Shown: positions 39,452 to 49,031 of the stretch, one piece after another
How the letters are laid out: every line of letters begins with the position of its first letter
How positions within the stretch are numbered: position 1 is the first letter of the stretch
Assembly (NCBI GenBank): GCA_038227875.1
Contig: JBBRPR010000005.1
Location: 1-64,000, forward strand
Direction: 5' to 3'
Length of the DNA stretch: 64,000 nt
From: Planctomycetota bacterium
Lineage (GTDB): Bacteria > Planctomycetota > SZUA-567 > H5-PLA8
Translations under genes and position numbers: made by a program
Notes under the pieces: model-generated
What the model saw: the letters and a program-made list of their open reading frames with translations, nothing else
What the model was told of the DNA's origin: nothing
Databases searched by the model: none

Positions 39452-41089
39452 ATGGCCAAATACGCGTTAGGTCTCGATTACGGCACCGAATCCGTCCGTG
39501 CGCTGGTCGTCGATTGCGAGAAGGGCACGGAAGCGGCCGTCGCCGTTCAGTCGTACAAGCATGGCGTGATCTCCGCGCGCCTCCCGGATTCCAACACGGA
39601 TCTGCCGCTCGACTTCGCGCTCCAGCATCCACAGGATTATCTCGACTCCGGCCTGGCCGTGATCGCCGCGGTGCTCAAAGAGATTCCCGCTCGCGAGATC
39701 ATCGGGATCGGCGTCGACTTCACCGCGTGCACGATTCTCCCCATCAAGCGTGACGGCACGCCGCTGATGATGCTCGATCAGTTCCGCGTCAATCCGCACG
39801 CGTGGGTAAAACTTTGGAAGCACCACGCCGCTCAGCCGCAGGCCGATGCGATTTCCAGTCTCGCCCGTTCGCGCGACGAAGCGTTTTTGAAATACTATGG
39901 TGGCGTGATTTCCAGTGAGTGGATGCTGCCCAAGTCCTGGGAAATCGCAAAGCAGGCGTCCGATGTCTATCGCGCGGCCGACCTGATCATCGACGCCGGC
40001 GACTGGCTCGTCTTCCAGCTCACCGGCGCGTTCACGCGCAACGCGTGCGCAGCGGGATACAAGGGCTTTTGGAACGCGGAGCTTGGTTTTCCATCGCGCG
40101 AATTCCTGACCGCGCTCGATCCGGCCATCGCCAATGTCACCGACAAATGGCTGCAGAACATCGTCGCGCCGGGGCGCCGTGCGGGAGCGATCTCCGAAAA
40201 GTTCGCCGCACTAAGCGGCCTGAAAGCGGGCACGCCAGTCTCGGCGGCCACCATCGACGCGCACAGCGGCGTGCCGGGCATGGGTGTCTGCCGCGAAGGC
40301 GCGGCGTCGATCATCATGGGCACGTCGTCGTGCCACATGCTGCTCTCGCGCAAGTTGCACTTTTTCGAAGGCTACGCGGGCGTGACGAAGGACGGCATCG
40401 TGCCGGGATTCTACGGCTACGAATCCGGCCAATCGGCCGTCGGCGACATCTTTGGCTGGTTCGCGAAGTCGGTCGTACAACCTGCTGCCGGCGTCGACGC
40501 CTTCGCCACGCTCTCACGCCGCGCCGCCGAACTGCGCGCCGGCGAGTCGGGCCTAGTAGCGCTCGATTGGATGAACGGCAACCGCAGCATCCTGATGGAC
40601 GCGGACTTAAGCGGCATGATCGTCGGCCTGACCCTCGATTCGAAACCCGAAGAGATCTACCGCGCGCTGATTGAAGGCACGGCCTTCGGCACGCGCATTA
40701 TCTTAAGCGCCTACCAGAGCGCCGGAATTCCCGTCACCGAACTGGCCGTCTGTGGCGGACTAACGAAAGACCCGCTGATCATGCAGATCTACGCCGACGT
40801 GTTGCGCCTGCCGGTGAAAGTCGCCGCGTCGAGCCAGGCCGTGGCGCTCGGCTCATGCATCCTCGGCGCGCTGGCCGCCGGCCCCGAACACGGCGGCTTC
40901 AACACCATGGAAGACGCCATCGCCCGCATGACGCGCCCTCCCGAACGGGCGTACACACCAGAGGCGCAATCGTCCACCGCATACGAGAAATTGTTCGCGA
41001 TCTACAAGCATTGCCACGACCACTTTGGCCGCGAGCATTCGCGGGTGATGAAGGAGCTGAAGGCGTTGAAGCGGCTTGCGCGAGATTGA
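39452..41089 (+). CDS. araB: Ribulokinase (FGGY family)
   Basis: GLDYGTESVRA, GIGVDFTACT, LWKHHAAQ, MGTSSCH, LDWMNGNRS. Confidence 0.9.
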   Translation: MAKYALGLDYGTESVRALVVDCEKGTEAAVAVQSYKHGVISARLPDSNTDLPLDFALQHPQDYLDSGLAVIAAVLKEIPAREIIGIGVDFTACTILPIKRDGTPLMMLDQFRVNPHAWVKLWKHHAAQPQADAISSLARSRDEAFLKYYGGVISSEWMLPKSWEIAKQASDVYRAADLIIDAGDWLVFQLTGAFTRNACAAGYKGFWNAELGFPSREFLTALDPAIANVTDKWLQNIVAPGRRAGAISEKFAALSGLKAGTPVSAATIDAHSGVPGMGVCREGAASIIMGTSSCHMLLSRKLHFFEGYAGVTKDGIVPGFYGYESGQSAVGDIFGWFAKSVVQPAAGVDAFATLSRRAAELRAGESGLVALDWMNGNRSILMDADLSGMIVGLTLDSKPEEIYRALIEGTAFGTRIILSAYQSAGIPVTELAVCGGLTKDPLIMQIYADVLRLPVKVAASSQAVALGSCILGALAAGPEHGGFNTMEDAIARMTRPPERAYTPEAQSSTAYEKLFAIYKHCHDHFGREHSRVMKELKALKRLARD

Positions 41090-41094
41090 GTTTC

Positions 41095-41217
41095 TAATCT
41101 CACGCAACGCCGCGAAGCCGTAAAGAACGGCTTACAGATTACTGCTGTCGTTGTGTTGGAGTTTCAACTCAAAGTCCGTTGCTGTTCTTAGCGTCTTTGC
41201 GGCTTTGCGTGAGATTA
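41095..41217. repeat. Octamer-repeat inverted element
   Basis: TAATCTCACGCAACGCCGCGAAG...CTTTGCGGCTTTGCGTGAGATTA. Confidence 0.8.
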
Positions 41218-41243
41218 AAAACCGCTGCGAAATGGGGTGAACC

Positions 41244-42770
41244 ATGGGCAAGACCTGCGATATCTACCTTCCGCTCGACGAGCGCGATAAGCCGAACGAA
41301 GTCGTCTGGCCAGTTGCGTTGAAGCAGCTCAAGGAGATCGTCAAAGTCGTCGAGAAGTGCGGGTGGACGGCGAACGTGCTCAACCCGGACAAGCCGGTGT
41401 CGAGCGTCGCGGAAGGGTTGCGGGTCGTCAAACGGTCGAAGGGCGACCGATTTCTGAATTTCATGGCGGGATGGTGCTACCCGGATTTCACGGTCAGCCC
41501 CATGTTCCAACTTCCGCGCGAGCTGCCCAAGATGATGCTCGGCAGCGCAATTCCCGACTTTCCCGGCGCGGTGGGACTGTTCGCGGCGGCGTCGGGGACT
41601 TCCCATGTCGGCATCAAGACCGACCGCTGCTTCGCGGAGAACTTTGAGAACCACGCGGAGTACGCCGACGGTGTCGAGCAGTTCCTCAAGACCGGCAGCT
41701 ACGAACGGCCGTACCCGAAGACCGTCGAAATCCCCGTGACGGATGCGCAGCGCGCGAAGGCCAAGACCGTACGTGAGCAACTCCGCGGTCAGGTTTACGG
41801 TGCGTTCGGGCCGCGCTCGATGCAGATGTGGAACAAGATTTCCGAGGCCGACTTCCTGCGCGTCTTCGGCATCGCGCGCGAAGGCTTCGATCAGCTCCGG
41901 CTGGTCAAGGCGGCGGAGAAGATTCCCGATGCGCGCGCGGAAGCGGCGCTGAATTTTCTCGTCGAGAAGGGCATGGATATCCGCCTCGGCAAGGATCCGC
42001 TCAAGGAACTGACGCGGGAGATGGCGCTCTTCCAGATGAAGGCCTACTGCGCGCTGCTCGACATTTCGCAACGCTACGGATTGAACTTCATCGGCGTGCA
42101 GGACCAGCTCGACTACATCGAGCACTATCCCGCCACGGATTTGACGCTGGGAATTTTGAACAATCGGCTGCGCCCCGAAGGCAGCGGCGAAACCTTCGTC
42201 GCGTCGACGGAAGCCGACGACGGCGCGGCGGTGACGATGCAGGCGCTGAAGCTGCTCAGCGGCGGCGAACCGGCGGGGTTCAACGACCTTCGCTACTGGG
42301 ACGCCAAGCAGGGGCTGTACTGGTTCGTCAATTCGGGCTCGCTGGCGCCGTATTTCGCGCAGGGGCGGCACGATACCTTAAAGGGAGCGTGGTCGCAGCG
42401 GCAGACGTACATGTATTTCCAGCAAGGCGGCGGAACGTCGTCGGTCGTCTGCCGCATTCCCGGCGTCGTGACGTGGGCGCGCTTTTCGTACCGCGACAAC
42501 CAGATGTACCTCTGCGCCGGGCGCGGCATCACCGACGTCCCGACAGAAGAGCAGTGGAAACAGCGCTCCGCGCGCTGCAGCCCGGACTGGCCGCACTGGT
42601 ATTTGAAACTCTGCGGCCGCATCGAATGGAAGCTCAACACCAATCACCCGATGACGGTGTGCGGCGATTACCTGGCGGAGCTCAAAGCGCTGGCCGGTGA
42701 GCTGGGGATTCCCTTCGAGTGCTACGACTACCGCACGCCGGAAGAGATCAAGAACGGCACATCACTTTAA
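41244..42770 (+). CDS. L-fucose/D-arabinose isomerase-family protein
   Basis: FPGAVGL, STEADDG, NSGS and CSPDWPH motifs; operonic with ribulokinase. Confidence 0.75.
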   Translation: MGKTCDIYLPLDERDKPNEVVWPVALKQLKEIVKVVEKCGWTANVLNPDKPVSSVAEGLRVVKRSKGDRFLNFMAGWCYPDFTVSPMFQLPRELPKMMLGSAIPDFPGAVGLFAAASGTSHVGIKTDRCFAENFENHAEYADGVEQFLKTGSYERPYPKTVEIPVTDAQRAKAKTVREQLRGQVYGAFGPRSMQMWNKISEADFLRVFGIAREGFDQLRLVKAAEKIPDARAEAALNFLVEKGMDIRLGKDPLKELTREMALFQMKAYCALLDISQRYGLNFIGVQDQLDYIEHYPATDLTLGILNNRLRPEGSGETFVASTEADDGAAVTMQALKLLSGGEPAGFNDLRYWDAKQGLYWFVNSGSLAPYFAQGRHDTLKGAWSQRQTYMYFQQGGGTSSVVCRIPGVVTWARFSYRDNQMYLCAGRGITDVPTEEQWKQRSARCSPDWPHWYLKLCGRIEWKLNTNHPMTVCGDYLAELKALAGELGIPFECYDYRTPEEIKNGTSL

Positions 42771-42834
42771 GTCATCCATCGCGCGGGCACGACGCCCGCG
42801 CCTCTTCAACTCAACAGGAGCTCAACACACCATC

Positions 42835-43914
42835 ATGTTCAACGGACTCGGCATGGATCTGGGCACACTCTCGCGGCTCTCGAACGCCAAGACGCGTTCG
42901 ATCAGCCCGGAGAATTTCAACGGAGAAAAAGGCAAGGGCGGCATGGCCACGGAAGGCACGGGCAAGAACGCCGCGCGCGACCTGGGCCAGGGCTGGAAGG
43001 TGTCGCCCTGTGTACGCATCGAACCGGAAGAGACATTCACCGTTGCCGACATCACCGGGCCGGGCGCGATTCAGCAGATCTGGATGACCCCGACGAAAGC
43101 CTGGCGCTTCAGCATCCTCCGCATTTACTGGGACGACTCCCCCAACCCATCGGTGGAATGTCCTGTCGGCGATTTCTTCGCGTGCGGCTGGGGCAAGTAC
43201 GCGCAGGTCTCGTCGCTGCCCGTCTGCGTCAATCCCGGCAGCGCGTTCAACTGCTATTGGGAGATGCCCTTTCGCAAACGCTGCCGCATGACGATGACCA
43301 ACATCGACCCCGAGCAGATGACGCTCTTCTACCAGGTCAACTACACGCTGACGGATGTGCCGGAAGACTGCGCGTACTTCCACGCGCAATTCCGCCGCAC
43401 CAACCCGCTGCCGTACAAGAGCGTCTATACGATTGTCGATGGCATCAAAGGCAAAGGCCACTTCGTCGGAACGTACATGGCGTGGGGCGTGAACAACACC
43501 GGCTGGTGGGGCGAAGGTGAGATCAAGTTCTTCATGGACGGCGACAAAGAGTTCCCGACCATCTGCGGCACAGGCACTGAAGACTACTTCTGCGGCTCCT
43601 ACAATTTCGACCTCGGCAAAGAGAACGGCGGCTACCGCGAATTCACAACGCCGTACGCCGGCCTGGCTCAGGTGATCCGTCCCGACGGCCTGTACAGCTC
43701 GCAGACGCGCTTTGGCATGTACCGCTGGCACGTGATGGACCCGGTCCGTTTCGAGCAGGACCTGAGCGTCACGATCCAAGCCCTCGGCTGGCGCAGTGGC
43801 GGACGCTATCTGCCCAATCAGGACGACATCTCCTCCGTCGCCTACTGGTACCAGACCCTCCCCGCCGCGCCGTTTCCCGCGCTGCCGGATAAGGATTACT
43901 TGGAGATCATTTAG
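42835..43914 (+). CDS. GH172 (DUF2961) glycoside hydrolase, copy 1
   Basis: GPGAIQQIW, WWGEGE and GTGTEDYF motifs. Confidence 0.92.
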   Translation: MFNGLGMDLGTLSRLSNAKTRSISPENFNGEKGKGGMATEGTGKNAARDLGQGWKVSPCVRIEPEETFTVADITGPGAIQQIWMTPTKAWRFSILRIYWDDSPNPSVECPVGDFFACGWGKYAQVSSLPVCVNPGSAFNCYWEMPFRKRCRMTMTNIDPEQMTLFYQVNYTLTDVPEDCAYFHAQFRRTNPLPYKSVYTIVDGIKGKGHFVGTYMAWGVNNTGWWGEGEIKFFMDGDKEFPTICGTGTEDYFCGSYNFDLGKENGGYREFTTPYAGLAQVIRPDGLYSSQTRFGMYRWHVMDPVRFEQDLSVTIQALGWRSGGRYLPNQDDISSVAYWYQTLPAAPFPALPDKDYLEII

Positions 43915-43920
43915 CTTTTT

Positions 43921-44068
43921 TCTCACGCAAAGTCGCGAAGCCGCAAAGAACAGCAACTGCAAAGAACTGATGGGACTGGGCGTTTGGTCGGGGATGCAAC
44001 TTCCCCAATCCCGAGTTCCCAATCCAGGCCGTTCGCAGTTCTTTGCGTCTTTGCGGCTTTGCGTGAGA
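43921..44068. repeat. Octamer-repeat inverted element
   Basis: TCTCACGCAAAGTCGCGAAGCCGCAAAGAAC...GTTCTTTGCGTCTTTGCGGCTTTGCGTGAGA. Confidence 0.8.
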
Positions 44069-44096
44069 TATTCGAGCACGTCATTAAGGAGGAACG

Positions 44097-45182
44097 ATGT
44101 TTAACGGCTTGGGAATGAAGATGGGCACGCTTTCGCGGTTGTCCAACGCGAAGACGCGGTCGATCAGTGCGGAGAATTTCAGCGGCGAGAAGGGCAAAGC
44201 GGCGATGTCCACCGACGGCGACGCGAAGAGCTGCGCGCGCGATCTGGGACGCGGCTGGAAGGTCTCGCCGTTCAAGACGGTCGCTCCGGGCCAGACGTTC
44301 ACGATGGCGGAAATCGACGGGCCGGGCGCGATCCAGCAGATGTGGATGGCCGGGCCGTCGATCGAGAAGTGGCGCTTCTACATTCTGCGCATCTACTGGG
44401 ACGGTTCGCCCAATCCGTCGGTCGAATGTCCGATGGGCGATTTCTTCGCGTGCGGGTGGAAGCGCTACGCGCAGGTCACTTCATTGCCGGTCTGCCTGAA
44501 TCCCGCCAGCAGCTGCAATTGCTATTGGGAAATGCCCTTCCGCAAGCACTGCAAGATCACGTTCACCAACATCTCCGACGAGCCGACCAATCTTTACTAT
44601 CAGGTCAACTACACGCTGACGGACGTTCCGGAAGACTGCGCGTACTTCCACGCGCAGTTCCGCCGCACCAACCCGCTGCCGTACAAGACCGATTACACGA
44701 TCGTCGACGGCATCAAAGGCAAGGGCCACTACGTCGGCACGTACATGGCGTGGGGCGTGAACAATTGCGGCTGGTGGGGCGAAGGCGAGATCAAGTTCTT
44801 CATGGATGGCGACAAAGAGTTCCCAACCATCTGCGGCACCGGCACGGAAGATTACTTCTGCGGCTCGTACAATTTCGATCTCGGCAAAGAAAATGGCGGC
44901 TACCGCGAATTCAACACACCGTACGCCGGCCTCGCTCAAGTCATCCGCCCGGACGGTCTGTACAGTTCGCAGACGCGCTTCGGCCTCTACCGCTGGCACA
45001 TCACCGATCCCGTGCGTTTCGATCAGGATCTGAAAGTCACGATCCAGGCGCTCGGTTGGCGCAGCGGCGGACGTTACCTGCCCAACCAGGACGACATCGC
45101 CTCCGTCGCCTTCTGGTACCAGACCCTCCCCGCCGCCCCGTTCCCCGCGCTGCCGGATCGGGATTATCTCGAGGTGATCTAG
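44097..45182 (+). CDS. GH172 (DUF2961) glycoside hydrolase, copy 2
   Basis: Tandem paralog with the same motifs; AAGGAGG RBS. Confidence 0.92.
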   Translation: MFNGLGMKMGTLSRLSNAKTRSISAENFSGEKGKAAMSTDGDAKSCARDLGRGWKVSPFKTVAPGQTFTMAEIDGPGAIQQMWMAGPSIEKWRFYILRIYWDGSPNPSVECPMGDFFACGWKRYAQVTSLPVCLNPASSCNCYWEMPFRKHCKITFTNISDEPTNLYYQVNYTLTDVPEDCAYFHAQFRRTNPLPYKTDYTIVDGIKGKGHYVGTYMAWGVNNCGWWGEGEIKFFMDGDKEFPTICGTGTEDYFCGSYNFDLGKENGGYREFNTPYAGLAQVIRPDGLYSSQTRFGLYRWHITDPVRFDQDLKVTIQALGWRSGGRYLPNQDDIASVAFWYQTLPAAPFPALPDRDYLEVI

Positions 45183-45190
45183 ATTTCAGC

Positions 45191-45281
45191 CTCGCGAAGA
45201 GAACTGCAACGTCGGGATTCGGGAATCCCCATTCCCGCCGTTGCAGTTGCCGTCCTTTGCGTCTTTGCGTCTTTGCGAGAG
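45191..45281. repeat. Octamer-repeat element with internal TGCAAC...GTTGCA hairpin
   Basis: CTTTGCGT repeats; internal hairpin recurs inverted at 48994..49026. Confidence 0.7.
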
Positions 45282-45288
45282 AATAAAT

Positions 45289-45744
45289 TCAGCGCCTCTT
45301 CCGTAACACCACCGGTTCCTCCGGTGCTACGTCGATTTTCTCAGCGAAATCTTTCGGAATAAACGTCGCCTGCATGCGGCCCTCACGGAACGTGCAGCAG
45401 ACGACGGTCATCGTGCCGCGTGCGCAAACGTCTGGCGTTCCGTTCTTGCGGAAGGTCACGCTGTAGGTGATCGACTTTTCGGACTTCTTCTCAACGCGCA
45501 GGTGGAGCTCCACTTCGTCTTCGAATTTCAGCGGGCGGAAGTACTCGCACGAGGCCGCGACGCGCGGCCAGCCGATGGTGGGCTCACCGGTGCCGGCGGT
45601 CATCACGACCGAGAGGCCCAGCGACCGCACGAAGGCGTGTTCCACGGCTTCCATGAAGCGGTAGAAATTCGAGAAATGCATCACGCCGGCCATGTCGGTT
45701 TCGGAGAACTCGACGCGCCGGGTGAACTTAAATTCGCAAGCCAT
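45289..45744 (-). CDS. 4HBT-like acyl-CoA thioesterase
   Basis: RRVEFSETDMAGVMHFSNFYRFME. Confidence 0.9.
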   Translation of the reverse strand: MACEFKFTRRVEFSETDMAGVMHFSNFYRFMEAVEHAFVRSLGLSVVMTAGTGEPTIGWPRVAASCEYFRPLKFEDEVELHLRVEKKSEKSITYSVTFRKNGTPDVCARGTMTVVCCTFREGRMQATFIPKDFAEKIDVAPEEPVVLRKRR

Positions 45745-45746
45745 CT

Positions 45747-47039
45747 CTACCTCTTGTGTGCACCAAACTCGCCGAGCACCCGCACAACGTCGTCGGCGAC
45801 GCGGCCGATGTTGAAGCGCTCGACGGTGCTCTTGAACCCCGCCTTGCCCAGCGCCGCGCGGCGCGGTTCGTCGCGCAGCAGTTCTTCGAGCTTCGCCGCC
45901 AGGTCGGCGGCGTCGTCGGGCTTGCACAAGATGCCGCCTCCGGTGGCCGCAATCAACTCCGGAAACGCAGCATGCTCGGGCTGAACCACGGGAATGCCGC
46001 AGGCCATCGCCTCAATCACGTACAGCCCAAACGATTCGCCGTACGTCGCCGGCACGGACATCACCGACAAGCTCTGGAAGAACTTCACCTTGTCTTCGCG
46101 CGAAACGTTCGGAACGAAGTCGACGCGGTCGCCGATCTTCGCCGCCTGGAACTTCGCCTTGAGCTCCGTGACAAACACTTCGTCACTGGGCGAGAGTCCT
46201 CCGCCAACGCGCAGGCGCACGTCCTTGATGTTCCCGCGCGTCGCGAGCAGCTCGTACGCGTTGGCGAGCGTGCGCAGACCCTTCTCCGGTCCGATGCGCG
46301 CGAAGTAGCCGACGGTCGGCACCGCCGGCGGTTTTGGCGCGGGGGCGTAGCCGGCCAGTTCGATGCCGTTGTGGATCACGCGCATTTTCGATTCGGGAAT
46401 TTCCAGCCGCCGGCGCATCACGTCGCCGTAATAGCCGCTGACGGCGACGAAGCCATCGATCTGCGCGACGGTTTTCTTCAGCAGCTCCCACGATTGGCTG
46501 CGCTGCGGTTCCGGCAGCGTGTCGAGATACGTGTCTTCGCCCTGCAGCGTGCAGACGATCGGCACTTTCAGTTTCTCGCGCAGACTTTTGGCCATGCCGG
46601 CCAGCAGCACGTTGGAAAGGCAGATCGCGTCGGCCTTGTGGCTGTCGGTGAGGAACGCGGTGAGCTTGACCAGCTCTTTGGCCTGGTTGCCTTCCTCGCC
46701 TTTGAGCATCGAGACCATCAGGTCGGCGATGTCTTCGGCGCGAGTCTTGACTCCAAAGCCGGCCGCCCAACTGAGCAGGCCCGGCTGATCGAGCCGCCGG
46801 TCAAGCCACTCGGGTGTCTTGCGGAAGAGGCTGCTTTTCTGCTGCAGGAAGACGTTGATGCCGCCGAAGAAAATCCGCTCGTGGCTGTTGTCCGGCTCGT
46901 CGGTTTTCAGCGGCGTGTAAAGCGGGATCAGCAGCGCGTCGTGGCCTTTGCGGCGCAGCGCCGCAACCAGCGCGTTGTCGCGCATGCATCCGCCGCAGTA
47001 CATGCCCGCGGCGCCGGGGGTCAGCTGAACGATGTTCAC
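45747..47039 (-). CDS. Glycosyltransferase family 4
   Basis: GYFARIGPEKG and ESFGLYVIEAMACGIPVV; GTG start. Confidence 0.9.
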   Translation of the reverse strand: MNIVQLTPGAAGMYCGGCMRDNALVAALRRKGHDALLIPLYTPLKTDEPDNSHERIFFGGINVFLQQKSSLFRKTPEWLDRRLDQPGLLSWAAGFGVKTRAEDIADLMVSMLKGEEGNQAKELVKLTAFLTDSHKADAICLSNVLLAGMAKSLREKLKVPIVCTLQGEDTYLDTLPEPQRSQSWELLKKTVAQIDGFVAVSGYYGDVMRRRLEIPESKMRVIHNGIELAGYAPAPKPPAVPTVGYFARIGPEKGLRTLANAYELLATRGNIKDVRLRVGGGLSPSDEVFVTELKAKFQAAKIGDRVDFVPNVSREDKVKFFQSLSVMSVPATYGESFGLYVIEAMACGIPVVQPEHAAFPELIAATGGGILCKPDDAADLAAKLEELLRDEPRRAALGKAGFKSTVERFNIGRVADDVVRVLGEFGAHKR

Positions 47040-47047
47040 GGCGCCGA

Positions 47048-48301
47048 TTATACCAGAGGTTGCCCGTATGGCAGCGCCGCTTCCACGGGCGCAAATTCGC
47101 CGCACGCGGCCCAGAGCTTGTCGAAGTTCTTGTTCACATCGCCGGAGAGGCAGTCGGTGATGTCGCCGACGGCAAATTCATGCTTGTCGCAGATTTTGCG
47201 GAAGCTGAATTCCTGCTCGTAGAACGCGCAGACCAGGCGGCGCATGTTGTCGATACCTTCGCTCAGGAACTGTCCGTAGGCTTTGAAGCGTCCGGCGGAA
47301 ACGTCGCCGGCGGTGAGCGCCTCATGAACCGTATCGCCGACCAGCGTGCCACTCTTCAAGGCCAGCATCACGCCGGAAGAGAAGATCGGGTCGAGGAACC
47401 CGAACGCGTCGCCGGCCAGGACCAGTCCGTCGGCGGAACAGTGCTTCGAGCGGTACGAGTATTCGCCGGTGACGCGGTATTCGCCGACCTGCTGGCCGTG
47501 GCTGGTGTATTTTTCGATCCACTTGTTCTGCTTCACTTCGCGTTCGAAGACCTGCTTGGCGTCGCGGATGCCGTCGCGGTAAAGGTACTTGGCATCGGCG
47601 ACCACGCCCACGCTGATCATGTCGTTGTGCTGCGGGATGTACCAGAACCAGCCCTTCTCCGGCACGTACGCGACCGTAGTGGCGCCGCCGACAAGGCCTT
47701 CGTCGCGCAACGCGCCCTTAAAGTACGTCCACACGGCGACCTTGTTCAATTTCGGGTCGGGAATGCGCCAGCCGTTGCGCGACGCGCTGAAACTGTCGCG
47801 ACCGGTGCAGTCGATGGTGATCGGCGCGTTGAATTCGTGGAGCTTACCGGCCTTGTCTTGTACGCGCACACCGACGTGGCGGCTGCCGTCCTTGAGGTAC
47901 TCCTTCAAGGTCATCTCTTCGCGGACGTCGGCGCCCTTTTCGCGCGCGTTCTCCATCAACTGCTGGTCGAACTCCGAGCGCAACACCTGCCAGGTCTGCG
48001 CGATTTCTTCGGGGTAGCGCGTGTGAAAATAGAACGGCTGCGAGGCCTTGCCCGACTGCGAGACGAACTGGACGCTGTACTTCTTGATGTACGCCGACGC
48101 CTTCATTTTCGGGAGCATGCCGATGCGCTTGAGCGGTTCATAAGTGAACGGCAGCAGCGATTCGCCGATGTGGTAACGCGGGAACTTTTCCTTCTCCAGC
48201 ACCAGCACCTTGCGGCCATGCTGCGCGAGCACCGTCGACGCCGCGCAACCGGAAGGTCCGGCGCCGACCACGATTGCATCCCACTTCTTCTGTTCGCTCA
48301 T
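47048..48301 (-). CDS. Flavin-dependent halogenase-like oxidoreductase
   Basis: GAGPSG, FPRYHIGESLL, candidate catalytic Lys in IKKYS, GWFWYIP, GDAFGFLDPIFSSGV. Confidence 0.85.
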   Translation of the reverse strand: MSEQKKWDAIVVGAGPSGCAASTVLAQHGRKVLVLEKEKFPRYHIGESLLPFTYEPLKRIGMLPKMKASAYIKKYSVQFVSQSGKASQPFYFHTRYPEEIAQTWQVLRSEFDQQLMENAREKGADVREEMTLKEYLKDGSRHVGVRVQDKAGKLHEFNAPITIDCTGRDSFSASRNGWRIPDPKLNKVAVWTYFKGALRDEGLVGGATTVAYVPEKGWFWYIPQHNDMISVGVVADAKYLYRDGIRDAKQVFEREVKQNKWIEKYTSHGQQVGEYRVTGEYSYRSKHCSADGLVLAGDAFGFLDPIFSSGVMLALKSGTLVGDTVHEALTAGDVSAGRFKAYGQFLSEGIDNMRRLVCAFYEQEFSFRKICDKHEFAVGDITDCLSGDVNKNFDKLWAACGEFAPVEAALPYGQPLV

Positions 48302-48334
48302 CGCTTTGCAAAGCTCCTGACGGGTGATCCACTT

Positions 48335-48895
48335 CTACGGGGGAAGAATTTCAATGATCTCGGCGAGCACTGCGCCACTGGGAATCGAGAGAGTGTTGCG
48401 GCGGCCGTAGAGACGTTGGGACGGCTTGGAAATTTCAAGCGCGCGGCAGATCACCGCGTCGGCCATGACCCGAAAATAGGCCTTGGGCCGGCTGAGGTGC
48501 GGAATGGAAAAGTCGCGCAGGATTCCGCCCAGCGGCTTGCGCCCGGCGAGAATCGCTTCGCGGGCGCCGGAGCAGACGGCGTCGAGGTTGATTTCGATCG
48601 CGCCGAATTCGATGGGCTTGTTCGAGCCTTCCATCCGCAGCACAACATCGCGGCAATACTTATCGTGCGAGCGCTTTCGGCGCAGTACCTGGAGATAGAT
48701 CGAGCCGCTGTGGAATTTTTCGAGCGCGGGGGTCATGTCGCCGTCGTGGACCAGCAAACTGCGGTAGGGATCCGGCATCGTGCTGCCGTCGATCATTTCG
48801 AGCACCGGAGCCGGGGCGGCCGCGGCGGAGTAGAACTCCTCAAGCTCCCGCAACGGTGGCGGAACGGCGATCTGCTTGGCCTGCTCAGCTCCCAT
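48335..48895 (-). CDS. Chorismate pyruvate-lyase-like (UbiC/DUF98) protein
   Basis: LLVHDGDMTPALE, RDVVL, PLGGIL and LYGRRN motifs. Confidence 0.65.
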   Translation of the reverse strand: MGAEQAKQIAVPPPLRELEEFYSAAAAPAPVLEMIDGSTMPDPYRSLLVHDGDMTPALEKFHSGSIYLQVLRRKRSHDKYCRDVVLRMEGSNKPIEFGAIEINLDAVCSGAREAILAGRKPLGGILRDFSIPHLSRPKAYFRVMADAVICRALEISKPSQRLYGRRNTLSIPSGAVLAEIIEILPP

Positions 48896-49031
48896 GTCGC
48901 CCCCGGTTTGCAGCGCTGGATTTAGTACCTGTACGTACTATATACACCGGAGGTACGCGGAGAACAGAGAAATCTTTTCGAATGCTTGAGAAGTGCAACG
49001 GCGGGAATCCCGATTCCCGAATCCCGGTCTT

